From Octopus sinensis (lineage: Eukaryota): 64,000 nucleotides of DNA. Shown here piece by piece: positions 30,401-41,000 of the stretch. The position numbers and the translations under genes were made by a program. Within the stretch, counting starts at the first letter, position 1; every line of letters begins with the position of its first letter. Location: the NCBI RefSeq assembly GCF_006345805.1, contig NC_042998.1:194618001-194682000 (forward strand), written 5' to 3'. Below the pieces are notes generated by a model. The model ran no database searches and was not told the origin of the DNA. It was given only the letters and a program-made list of their open reading frames with translations.

Positions 30401-33400
30401 TGAATTTAAAATTTTGAAAACGCGGTTTCTTGCATATTCGGAATCTGTCATCTAAAACAGGGAAAATTTTTTTGGAAAAAGTTCAAAATTTTAAATGGTG
30501 GAGGAGTGGTGGCTTAGGGTTAAAAAGTTTTTTTGTTTTTTTTTTTTGCATATTCGTAATCTCCGATATCTAAAACGTAGGGATCTGGAAAAAAAAAAAA
30601 TTTTTTTCAAAGAGAGGTGCGAAACTTGCATTAGCCTCCCAAAACGTAGGACTGCGAAAATAATAATAAAAAAGGGGGCATTTTTTAAGGAGAGGTGGCG
30701 AAACTGCATTATCCCCAAAATGCACCAATTTTAAAGAAAATTATCAATAAGAGCGCTATTCCTGATTTGCACCACAGTAGAGATCACTATGAACTATACA
30801 TAAAAAAGGCACGCCACTTATTTCAAATTTTGGCAGCTCTGTCAAAAAACAGACAGCAGTTAGCGTGTTATTTCTAGCACCTTGGGTGGTAAATTTTATA
30901 ACACACAGAGAACAGATTATATATATATATATATATATATATGTCATCATCATCATCATATGAATATAACGTACCAACGATGGAAAAAATGCTATTTAGC
31001 ATATCCCACCCCGACTGTTTCCTCATAGCTTTTGAAAAACTTTTTAATTGAATTTTGTAGCGGTGCTTTTGAAGGTGAGATTGCAATCATGCTGACAACA
31101 CCAGTAAGAAGTTCTGGCCTATTCTCTCACTTCTGTTTTTGTTTCCTACTAAACCTCCAAATATTTTGCAGAAGTGCACATTCGGGAAAATAAATAATGT
31201 AATGTTGTTGTGTCTGGGGAATTCCTTCTCTTTTGGTGCCTTATAATTTAACACACTCACCGGTAAAATTTATTTCTTTTTTTATTTTTCTAAAATTTTC
31301 GTTGCGTCTTGCAACCTTTCGATAGTTTTGACTCAAAACTACTGAAAAGGTTGCAAGACACAACGAATTTTAGAAAAAAAAAAAAAAAGGGTGGAAATTT
31401 TACCGGTGAGTGTGTTAAATTATAAGGCACCAAAAGAGAATGACTCTCCTCAGACGCAATAGAATATGCTTCAACACACGAACTCGCACATAAAAAATCT
31501 TGTAAACCAAATCAAAGAACGAAATAAAATAATGTAATGTTAATACTTCAAACATAAATCTGATAAATGAATGAAATAGAATTATATGAAATTCCTCCCA
31601 AAAATTTTGCTTCTAAATTACATCAACACAATTGTAATCTACATCCTCGAAAGCGTGTCTCTGCAAAACCTCATAAATACGAAATTTTCAAACAGTTGAG
31701 GAAACCAACTCGGGGCGAGTACCCTAACTGTAATTAAGACTTAATGAACAGGAAAGAGCAGTAAAAACCACAAATATTTCAAAACATTCGACAGGTATCA
31801 TAAAAGAAAAAAACTGATATCGCTTGTGAATAAATTTGTGCAGCCTTCTTGTCTGTCGTGTAATCTGTTCTAGCATAATTTATGGGATGCTTAATTCTGA
31901 ACCCCGTCTCATTCCCACCTCACCATTCAATTTTTTGCAAACATGAGTCACAAAATATTGGTTATCCGAGTCGAAAAATGACCTTTAAATAGCGCTTACT
32001 ATCAAGTAGATACCATCAGTGGAAAGACCAGTTTTCCAAGCAATTGGTAGTGACATGGCTTTCAGAAAGTTGACATTGAATATCAATCTTTCAACACCAA
32101 CTGGTAATTTTTTGTTTGTTTATGGTGAATTTTAATCTGATATTAAATATAACCTGATATCTATTAACTCAGGAACTATTTCACGTGGGAAGTCCCCAAC
32201 CTAGAATGAAGAGCTAATAAAGCAGTGTATTTTTTTTTAAACCTTGATTCCGATTTTACTCTACTCGTCTCAGCTATTTGATGTTTAAAACGACCTATTA
32301 TATTTTTATAATTAAAAATTATTAGGAATTGCATTTAAAACATTAAAATATTTTATGAATAATCAATTTATTGCACGTAAACTCAAGCAACAAAGGTTGA
32401 CAAGACATCACAGCAACCATCGAATTGTTTACATATTTTCGAGTCAAAACGAAAGATCGCCCAAAGAACATTGTAGGTACAATTCACTTTTTACATCATT
32501 GAGATTAATACGTAAATTCAACGCTATGGTTGTAACAATGAACAGATGCGTTTAGTAAATCGCCACACTGCTGCCTTGTAGAGCATATATGTACTGGTGG
32601 TTAGCAGTTAAATGCCTTGGAGTTTATAAATTTGGAATAATTGCATCAGATTTCAAGACAATCAAACAAACGAAAGTAGAGATTCCATCAGGAAATTGTT
32701 GAAATAGTTTAAGGCTTACATTCATGTCAAGAACCTACTGTTGAGAACCGTGAATGTGTATAACCTAAAACAATAAGAATTTGTCAGCAGATTAAACGTG
32801 AAAATTTGTAAATTATCTTTTAATATAGCAATTTATCAAATGGAAAGAAACACTCTTCTTAAACAGTACCCTGTTTCTAGTAGTTGCAAGCATTCTTTAA
32901 AAGTGAAAAAATGTTGTAAGCAATGTGCATACAAAAAACCCCATAAAGTTTTTAATACTCTTTACTTGTTTCAGTCATCTGACTGTGGCCATGCTGGAGC
33001 ACCGCCTTCAGTGCCTTCAGTCGAGCAATTATAAAGAATATTTAAAACGAGAAATCAAAAATATTTCGAAAAGAAACTTTTTCAGTTTGTGATCACAAAC
33101 CAAAAGAAATCCTTCTCCCAGCCAAACAAACCACAGTTATGTCCCTTACATCTTCATGTACTAATACCAACTACGGCTGATTATTATAATAACTAAGAAA
33201 CTCCTTTCTGGGATTTCATCACATGGGGTAATGAGCTCCTTTCAAATAAAAGTGACAGTGAATCAAACTAAAAGTATTTTAAACAGACACGATGAAGGAC
33301 TGATAATAAGTACTATCACGTAAGGTATCCAAAAGAAGGCATGTAATCTCAGATAATTTCAAAACCAATAGGAATCGGACGTGAAATTAAAAAAAAAAAA

Positions 33401-35553
33401 TTTCTATCGTAATTTTATGTAAAGATTTAACACTATCAAGTCAAAGGTTACCAATTAGATATCTGTTAACGTAAATTGATCCAAGAATTCCTGCAACATA
33501 AATTTAATCTAAGTGCTTTTAACAAAAGCAAAAACAAACTAACACTTAAAAGCCGATATCATTCCCAATGTTCGACAAAAAAAAGGATTAAATAATTTTT
33601 TAGTTTCATTGTAGTTTTCAAAAGTGGTTTAAACCACGATTACCTCTCCTTGAGTCTTGCAGGGATTCTAGTAACACACGGCTTCCGGCCAGCATGTCTG
33701 GAAGAGCCGTGCAATTAAGTGGAGTAAGCAATCAATATTCAACACGAAACCGATGGCAACATTCTCATCAGTTTAGATGCCACGACTAGCAATACATATT
33801 CTCTACTTTTGTTGCTTCTGACTCATGGACAACTGACTTAATGAGGTTTTCCTTTAACACACTCCGAAATTTAAGGTGTTTTCTTTGTCTTCTATGGCAC
33901 CAAAGGAATTTTGCCTGCTTTTCATACAAAGACACTATAAGTTAATGATTTTGTTATACTTGTTTTTAAATGTGCAGATTATAGTCTATCAAAATATTTT
34001 CTGATAGTGTATTCCTACAAGGTATTTTTTGTAACGAAAGAATACCGACTCCAGAATTTTGCCATTCTTTTTCGCTTATTTTAACAATTTTTAGGTTTTT
34101 TTTTTTAATTGGAGCTGTTTCTGATTTTCCATTCATTTTGGTGGAGTTATTACAAACATGATAATTCAGTAACTAAAGATCCAAATTAATGTACAAATTT
34201 AAAAGAAATCAATTTACAAAACGACATATACGTAAGATGCTATAATGAGCATAGCCTAATTGGTTTAGTTCCCCAGCACCATGTAGTTTCCTCTAACTTT
34301 CTGAAAAAAGGCGTATTTTTTTTAAAATGAAACTTTAAGACACAATTTGGAGGGTGTAGATTGCCATTATGTCGACAATATTTTTTTTAAAGGTATTTTG
34401 AATCATTCCGCCTTCATGCCGACAATGTTATGCATCACTTATTTTCAATCCATTATATTGGATTTATTTTCTTTGTGTTTAAATAAATCAATTAAAAAAC
34501 TGTTTGGTACCACTAGCGAACAGTGGTCCCGGTGCGCGCCAGCTAGTCGTAAGTAGTCGATCCTACGACTTTTTAACCCTAACCTTAGTTTGTTTAAAAA
34601 ATTATTTACTTTGTTCGAGAAATATTATTCAATTTTCCTTTGATATGTATTCAGCCTTGAAATACAAACATACGCGCACATCGTAGTAGGATCGACTACT
34701 TACGACTAGCTAGCTCGGATATGCGAGTGCGCGCACCGGGACTGTTCGCAAAATATTATTCAATTTTCTTTGCTATGTATTCTCAGCCTTGAAATACAAA
34801 CATACGCGTACGTCGTCGTAGGATCGACTACTTACGACTAGCTAGCGCGGATATGCGAGTGCGCGCACCGGGACCACTGTTCGCTAGTAGTACCAATTGT
34901 TTTTTTTGTTTTGTTTTGTTTTTAATTATTTTTTAAAATTCGATTGTTAAAACAATTTCTGTAATAGTCACGCGCAATTTCTTTTTCCGATCTGTTCGAA
35001 ATAATCACCGTAGATTTTTTTTTCCCCCCTTTAACTTCCTAATTGGATTCAGACGTTAAATTATTATGTATTCCCCCCATAAAGAACGGAAGGGAGAATG
35101 CAGAGCCCAAGCATGTGGATAGGATAGGTGGAAGAACGAACGAGGACTGAGAAAGAAGAAGAATCGTGTGAGAGATTTTTATTGTAAAGGAAGGAAGGCA
35201 ACATGGAGGAGACCAGCGAAGAGCAACCAAAAATACAGAAAATTTTGTAGGGACAATGAAAACGAACCAACATCGGATTAATAGCATCGAGTTAATTATT
35301 TTTTAAAACTCGAAATCTAAGAGGATATATTTAAAACTGAATCCTTTTTTTTTTTTAATATTTGAATAAAATATAAAAAGGAGAAAAAAAAAATGGGGAA
35401 AGAATTTGCGCCGACTTCTTCACCTTTAAATAATTAATAATAATAATCGGATAAAATAAATGATAGATTATTTAATTTATTCGATATTTAAATGTATATA
35501 TAGAAAAATGTTTGCTTATATAGTGTGTGTTGTGTGTGTATGTATATATATAT

Positions 35554-35594
<41 letters not shown>

Positions 35595-35606
35595 ATAGTG
35601 TGTATG

Positions 35607-35638
<32 letters not shown>

Positions 35639-36303
35639 GTGTGTATGTATATATATATAGAGTGTGTATGTATATATATATATATAGTGTGTATGTATAT
35701 ATATATATATAGTGTGTATGTATATATATAGTGTGTACACACGAATTTTATCAGTTTTAAACTCTAGTTTCGATAATTAGTGTCGTGTTAATGAAGAAAA
35801 TTTTCCTAATTTTCTCGGTGAAAGATGAACCACCACGAGGTAGAGAAAACGAAGAGACGGGTTTTGGGGGAAAAATTCTATGTAGAAAATTGAAAAAAAC
35901 ACGATAGAATAGCAATTTAGGCGATATATGAGTATCAGACGGAATAATTCGAATACTAATGGAAATATTTCAGTGAATTATTAATTTGGTAGATGTGAAT
36001 GGGAGATGTAATAAGGCAAAGAAGAAGCGGAGAGTGAGCAGCGCCTGGCTGGCTTTAACATCACCATAATGGCTAACGTGGTGTTGGGTTTGATTCGAGG
36101 CTTCTTTTTTTTTTCATACACGGAAATTTCACACAAGATACTCACATATAAGGATTTCTGAAGAAGGAATGGTACAATGTAGAGGTCATAGAAGGGTGAT
36201 TTGCTGGAAAGGAAAATGTGTAAAAAAAAAAAAGCGATCGTTTTGCTCTTACCTGTCTTGCTCGGGCGACAGCATCAGCAAAAGCTGACTGAGTGGGTTC
36301 CAT
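567..36303 (-). CDS. FUBP1: Far upstream element-binding protein family (FUBP/KHSRP/Drosophila Psi orthologue), 5' part: 8 coding exons encoding N-terminal box, KH1 and start of KH2; continues beyond the left edge
   Basis: Manual splice of 36303-36253, 27003-26928, 17350-17309, 15785-15746, 15509-15325, 10393-10322, 2153-2096, 735-567 gives an open frame MEPTQSAFADAVARARQIAAKINQPAGDGQGIKRPFEDG...EEYKVPDKLVGLIIGKGGEQISRLQAETSCKIQIAPDSGGLPDRVCSLTGAPAAISACKQQMQKIVDKAQ...EMLIPGNKVGLIIGKGGETIRQLQ. This matches FUBP1 hallmarks (ARQIAAKI, KRPLEDG, EEYKVPD, two GxxG KH loops). All introns are GT-AG with matching phases. Which vertebrate paralogue name (FUBP1/2/3) applies cannot be resolved. Confidence 0.95.
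2096..2153 (-). CDS. FUBP1: FUBP coding exon 7 (DSGGLPDRVCSLTGAPAAIS)
   Basis: acceptor ttttcag, donor AG|gtatct; 58 nt; matches FUBP1 DSGGLPERSCMLTG. Confidence 0.95.
2962..3400 (-). mobile_element. Second fragment of the same LINE RT region
   Basis: 2962-3180 aligns closely with 5732-5955. Confidence 0.65.
4700..6600 (-). mobile_element. Decayed CR1/Zenon-like LINE reverse-transcriptase remnant
   Basis: Minus-strand degenerate motifs GLVAPVPK, FTEDSIFHSS (YADD equivalent, ~5400-5425) and later thumb-like segments; many stops and frameshifts; boundaries approximate. Confidence 0.6.
9850..10256. mobile_element. piggyBac-like MITE, second family
   Basis: TIR CCCTTATCCTGC / GCAGGATAAGGG with ATAA and TTAA flanks. 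Confidence 0.7.
10322..10393 (-). CDS. FUBP1: FUBP coding exon 6 (IIGKGGEQISRLQAETSCKIQIAP)
   Basis: acceptor ttttttag, donor G|gtaggt; 72 nt; KH1 GxxG loop. Confidence 0.95.
15325..15509 (-). CDS. FUBP1: FUBP coding exon 5 (SNQATQAAQ...EEYKVPDKLVGL)
   Basis: acceptor ttgttttctag, donor A|gtaagt; 185 nt; contains the KH1 start EEYKVPD. Confidence 0.95.
15746..15785 (-). CDS. FUBP1: FUBP coding exon 4 (PIGAQLRAMAEQQR)
   Basis: acceptor ctgattgcag, donor AG|gtaag; 40 nt; phase 1 to 2. Confidence 0.9.
16550..16770. mobile_element. piggyBac-like MITE (older copy)
   Basis: TTAACCCTTCTGATACCAACC... similar to 28182. Confidence 0.7.
17309..17350 (-). CDS. FUBP1: FUBP coding exon 3 (GEPDVKKTPAAIND)
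   Basis: acceptor tttctttcag, donor C|gtaagt; 42 nt; resembles FUBP1 DQPDAKKVAPQND. Confidence 0.92.
17745..17950 (-). mobile_element. RTE-tail SINE-like repeat (old)
   Basis: Reverse-complement degenerate copy. Confidence 0.65.
18690..19699 (+). mobile_element. Decayed Tc1/mariner transposon
   Basis: Degenerate transposase motifs ISDKVHFHL (SDEAHF), IGP-FEDEN, FQQARVTAH (FQQDGATAH) and SDLTP (SPDLTP); end resembles GGGACACC..TA TIR. Confidence 0.75.
19985..20480 (-). mobile_element. RTE-clade LINE 3' remnant
   Basis: Decayed reverse-strand similarity to the RTE pieces at 60190-60840. Confidence 0.45.
21720..22420 (+). mobile_element. RTE-clade LINE remnant
   Basis: Degenerate LEVNIAKTKILV and CRKGVGRNSI-C-QCK segments characteristic of RTE RT C-terminal regions. 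Confidence 0.7.
22898..23090 (+). mobile_element. tRNA-derived SINE (Meta-domain-like) with 11-bp TSD
   Basis: B box GAGTTCAAATTCC, CTTTCATCCTTTCAGGGTCGAT core; TSD GATATTTTATC at 22887-22897 and 23091-23101. Confidence 0.8.
26928..27003 (-). CDS. FUBP1: FUBP coding exon 2 (IAAKINQPAGDGQGIKRPFEDGAGY)
   Basis: acceptor cctcag|ATT, donor G|gtaagt; 76 nt; phase 0 to 1. Confidence 0.95.
28182..28402. mobile_element. piggyBac-like MITE (same family as 47483)
   Basis: Highly similar to 47483-47703; TTAA flanks. Confidence 0.85.
29711..30337. repeat. Long foldback (arms ~250-290 bp, ~82-nt spacer)
   Basis: 29711-29964 is an imperfect reverse complement of 30047-30337. Confidence 0.85.
31207..31526. 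mobile_element. Palindromic element with 15-bp flanking direct repeats
   Basis: 31226-31440 near-perfect spacerless palindrome; AAATAATGTAATGTT at 31192-31206 and 31527-31541. Confidence 0.75.
34504..34896. mobile_element. CpG-rich foldback/MITE with internal ~130-bp tandem duplication
   Basis: Left arm 34504-34569 complements 34815-34896; unit repeated at 34620-34748 and 34750-34884. Confidence 0.8.
35520..35730. repeat. Compound (TA)n/(GT)n array
   Basis: Direct inspection. Confidence 0.9.
36253..36303 (-). CDS. FUBP1: FUBP coding exon 1 (MEPTQSAFADAVARARQ)
   Basis: ATG at 36303 with in-frame TAA two codons upstream; 51 nt; donor CAG|gtaaga; phase 0. Confidence 0.92.
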
Positions 36304-36616
36304 GCTTTAAAACACTGAGAAACACTTCTCCTCCGCTTATTACAATGGCGACTGGTCTGAGCGAAGGAGAGACGGCGAATGTCGGCGGAGGAGGAGGGGG
36401 GAATTTTTTTTTTTTTTTCTCTCTCTTTTCTTTTATTTTTGTTTCGTGTGTGTGTGTGTGTTTTTCTTTTTTATCCCTTACTCAACGAGAAACTTTGCCG
36501 ATATTAAAAAAAAAAAAAAAAACAAGGAAGGCAAAAAAAAAATTTGTGGTCGGTCTTCGTTTCTGTTCCGTATATTTTGCTTTTTTTTTTTTTTTTTTTT
36601 AATTTTTATCTATTTA

Positions 36617-36653
<37 letters not shown>

Positions 36654-36960
36654 AATATCTCTTCTGTTTCCGTGAGTAAAGAAGAAGAGAGAGGAACAGA
36701 GACCATCCAAATACGTCTGACTGACTGCTGCTGGCCAACTGATAGCGGCGACCTGTCGCTCTCTCTACATCTTCTACTCTTACCGCTACCACCTCAATAT
36801 GGCTGATCTGCTACCACTATATTTTATTCATGTTTGTAGTGATGACGGGAACTGGCCGATACGACCATCGCCTCTATAACCAATTACAACAAACAATTGC
36901 ACTGGCGTTATTTCTACTTTATGCCCAGTCGCTGCTATTTTGTTGCCAGCGCAGCTGCTC
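36304..36960 (-). promoter_or_regulatory. Probable FUBP 5'UTR/proximal promoter
   Basis: Locally CpG/GC-rich stretch directly upstream of the ATG with a YY1-like GTCGCCATTGT near 36342-36352; TSS cannot be placed exactly. Confidence 0.55.
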
Positions 36961-37769
36961 TAAATAAAACTTTTCTTAATCAATCACTCCTTACCATTTT
37001 ATTCGCCATCAATCATCAAACTACTATTTTCTGAAACATTCCATATGGCGACATATATATTTCTCCCCCAATAATTCTTCTCTATATTTGTTTTAATTCC
37101 CCCATTTTTATTTCCAAAATAAACTACATAAGGATGGGGGTTTTTTTTCTGAATAAAATTCCCTCTCTCTCCGTACTATTCATCAATCATATATCATATA
37201 TCATCTATCACAGTGCATTTTGCTTTACAGCGCCAAAGCTCTTCTGACCTTGGAGCTATTTTCTTCCCCAAAAGTCATTTATTATGTAGACTGTAACAGC
37301 AAGCTTCAATTCAGAACCATTACTATTTAAACACAAAAACTTAATATCCAGTTTTTTTTTTTTTTTTTTACTTCTTAATGGCTACTACGCCATTATTGAA
37401 ATCATTATTATTACTGAAAATAAATCATTGTTGTACGTTTGCCGAGTTTCTTTGTGAGGAAGAAATAGGTCGCATGATACTTCAGACGTCACAGCTCACA
37501 GCTACTTGTAGACCTCATTAAACATATTTTCAGTGTTTCGTGAATTAGGTGATTGCCTCTAAATAAACTTCTGCAAGAAAAATTTTAAAATCTATTTCCT
37601 CTACAGACACTTCAATATTTTAAGTAAATGGAATTTTATTAATGTAAAAAGTATCTGATATTTACATAATTTGACGCCATGGCGTAGTAGGAAATAGACA
37701 ATAAACAACATGGCAGCTTATTTAAGCCATTTATATATACGGCTACTTTTGCGTACACACACACGAACA

Positions 37770-37865
37770 TTATATATATATATATATATATAGTGTGTGT
37801 GTGTATATATATATATATTCGTATGAGTACGCAAAAGTATATTTATATATATAGATAGATATACA

Positions 37866-37899
<34 letters not shown>

Positions 37900-38035
37900 T
37901 ATATATATAGTGTGTGTATATATCTATCTATATATATAGTGTGTGTGTGTATATCTATCTATATATATAGTGTGTGTGTGTGTGTGTATATCTATCTATA
38001 TATATAGTGTGTGTGTATATATATATATAGTGTGT
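37770..38035. repeat. Compound (TA)n/(GT)n/TCTA array
   Basis: Direct inspection. Confidence 0.9.
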
Positions 38036-39183
38036 GTACACACGAATTTTATTATCAGTTTTAAACTCTAGTTTCGATATATAGTATATTAATTGTATAT
38101 GAGGAATAATTAACAATTTAATATGGTAAAGTTAACATTAATGGAGTAAAATACAAAAATGAAATATTTTTCGAACGTGTATAAAATACTAAACAATCAG
38201 AGAGACGAGGAAAATATTTAGAATTTAAGCACTTTCTTCGTTTATTATGTTCATAATCGTTTCTTTTATTCATGAGTATAATGCGAACAATTTAATCAGG
38301 TTGGACCACTAAAGTGAATGACGTAAAATGCATCGTTAGGTCTGCGTGAGAGACATTATTATACCGGTTATAAAACTGTTTTACAAGGAAATTGTTGCAG
38401 TTCTAGCGAATTATTTTATCTTAATAGAGAATATAGACACTCATGCTTCGTAACTTTTTTGCGTTAGCCCTGATAAATAACGAAGGTTATTGCATTTAAT
38501 AAACCGTCTTTCACTGGTGATATGACGAAAATGCCATTTTCTGTGTATTCCTATCAACTTTTTTATATATATATATATAAATATTACTTTACGCCTTATT
38601 TATTCAACCTCAAATATACTGTAGGAATGTCTTTCTAGATTATTTTAATAGAAGGAAAAATGCTTCGCTAAAATGGTCCCAGAAGATTACAGCAGATAAA
38701 ACACGCATTGATTAGTAGGCGTGAAATAGACATTAGTAGTACCCTTACAATAAACAAATGCTGTAGCAACCCCTGGTCAGTCTTCATTGAGCAGACATTT
38801 TATGTGTTATAGTGCTTACAAAAACACATTCGGACCTTCAAAAATGTTTCCACGTGTCAAAATTAACATCCTTGCCACAACAAATAATTTGTGAATGATT
38901 CAATCCATTTAAAATTTCAGCAAGTGCATCGTTATCAAATAGCATATAAAACATTATGCCGACTAAATTTACACATTACAATCGAGCCAGCACAGGAGTC
39001 TTGGTCGATCTACAAAATGTAGTCGCGAAATTCCCCCAAATCACATCTACTGCCTTAAAACAAGAACGAATTGGTAAAATTTATTCCTATGAGTATGCAT
39101 GTGTATTTCTGTATACTAGACTTTACAACCGGAGTGCCTTTGATTATAAAGCCTGCACAATCAGAGATGTCCTTAGTCTAAAA

Positions 39184-39435
39184 CAGCGGTTCTCAACCAT
39201 TTTTTTTTGTCTATGGATTCCCTTGATGCCGGTTTTGTTGTTGGACTCCCATAGTCATTCGATGTTTTAAAAAATCCTATTATATTTTTATATTCAAATA
39301 TTATTAGGAATCGTATTTAAAAATTGTTAAAATGTTAATGTATTGTTGAAGTATACTCTATTTATTGCAAATAAATGTTAACAAAATCTTACGTGGACCA
39401 TCAAGGGTCAAATGAACCCCGATTAAGAACCGCTG
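39184..39435. mobile_element. hAT-like MITE with 8-bp TSD
   Basis: TIR CAGCGGTTCTCAACC / GATTAAGAACCGCTG; TSD GTCTAAAA / GTCTAAAC. Confidence 0.85.
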
Positions 39436-40134
39436 GTCTAAACAATACACACACGCACCATCTCCCTCTCTCTCTCGTCAGAGAACTTACTGAATATGGA
39501 ACTATCTGCACCCACAAAGAAAACAATATTTCATATAATACACATTGGGGTAAGTGGAATCTTGATCAGTTGTCTCGAAGCAATTTCTCTTGCAAACTAT
39601 CATTAAAGATTCCGATGCAGAATACTTGTGGGAGCTTACGCATTCATACAATATTAATTCAATATCTGTAACAGTGGCGACTTGAAACCTAACTGCAAAA
39701 TACTTGAGCAGACACCACTAGCAAACCACTATAGTTTCACATGATCAGCCTTTGAATCAATCAATCTGTGAAGCTGTGGCACGATATGGTTTTCTCAACT
39801 GTTCTTGAATAAAACCTCTAATCATCTGTAAAATCCATTTGGTGTGTAGCTTAGAGTGCAGACACCTAATGCACTTCTGTTGCCATGGAGATTTGCACAG
39901 ATGACTGTATATTTTTGAACCATATGTTGTCATAATTTCAGAGTAGTTTTCTCTCTCCCAATTGGTAGTCATTAATATTGTTCATCGTAAATAGCCAACG
40001 TCCTGCAATAAATATTCAGTAAAAAAAATTACAAGTTTTTCTTCTGTTATTTTTCACACAGCCAACAAAATGTGTTTTCATTGACCAGCCCAACTTGAAC
40101 GATGGCAAGCAACCAGTGGTCCTCTTTTACCTTT

Positions 40135-40544
40135 TATCTTTTTCTTGCTTCAGTCATTAGTCTGTGGCAGTGCTGGAGTACATCTTGAAGAATTTTAGCT
40201 GAATGAATAGACCCCCAGTAGTAATTTTTTTAAAGCCTGGTACTTATTCTATTGGTCTTTTTTGCCAAACTGCAAAGTTATGGGACTTAAGCACACCTAC
40301 ACCAGTTGTCAAGCAGTGGTGGGGGACAAACACACACATACACGTGCACACATAAGCACACACACACACATGCACACGCACACACATGGCAGGCTTCTTT
40401 CAGTTTCCATCAATCATATCCACTTTCAAGGCTTTCATTCATGCTATAGTAGAAGACAATTGCTCAAGGTGACATGCAGTGGGACTGAACCCAGAACCAT
40501 TTCATTGGGAAACAATCTTCTTACCATACAGCCACTCCTGCACC
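40135..40544 (-). mobile_element. SINE family 1 copy
   Basis: Reverse-complement match to 53471-53875. Confidence 0.85.
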
Positions 40545-40750
40545 TCTATTTGCAGAAGTTTGGAATGGATGATGGGCAACATGATCAAAATTAAGGTATC
40601 TGAATCTGAATCTCATTCATGAAAATGGGCTGTAGCCAGTCTACATGTTGAAATTTGGTTTCTAGGACTTCACCATTATATAAACACTGGCTACAATAAC
40701 TATTACTTTATGTTTTTTGGGGGAGGAAGGTTCAGTCTTGCATTTTGTCT

Positions 40751-41000
40751 CCGTGCTGGTGGCACATAAAAAGCACCAACCAATCGTGGCTGTTGCAAGC
40801 CTCCCCTGGCACATAAAAAGCACCCACTACACTCACGGAGTGGTTGGCGTTAGGAAGGGCACCCAGCTGTAGAAACACTGCTGGATCGGACTGGAGCCTG
40901 GTGCGGCCTCCTGGCTTCCCAGACCCCGGTCGAGCTGTCCAACCCATGCTAGCATGGAAAACGGACGTTACATGATAATGATGATAATGATGATGATGAT
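40751..41000 (+). mobile_element. RTE-tail SINE-like repeat ending in (GAT)n
   Basis: GGAGTGGTTGGCGTTAGGAAGGGCA.CCAGCTGTAGAAAC...CCATGCTAGCATGGAAA..GGACGTTA; multiple copies in window. Confidence 0.8.

Noticed and set aside
33745-33775. CGAAAC and CTGATGA close together
   Set aside because: They are on opposite strands, so no hammerhead can form
35488-35742. ORFs rich in YI/HT/YL repeats (also 52310-52741, 63090-63411)
   Set aside because: Translations of microsatellites
36201-36602. 133-aa plus-strand ORF with an ATGGCG start
   Set aside because: Antisense to FUBP exon 1; low-complexity poly-T/A content
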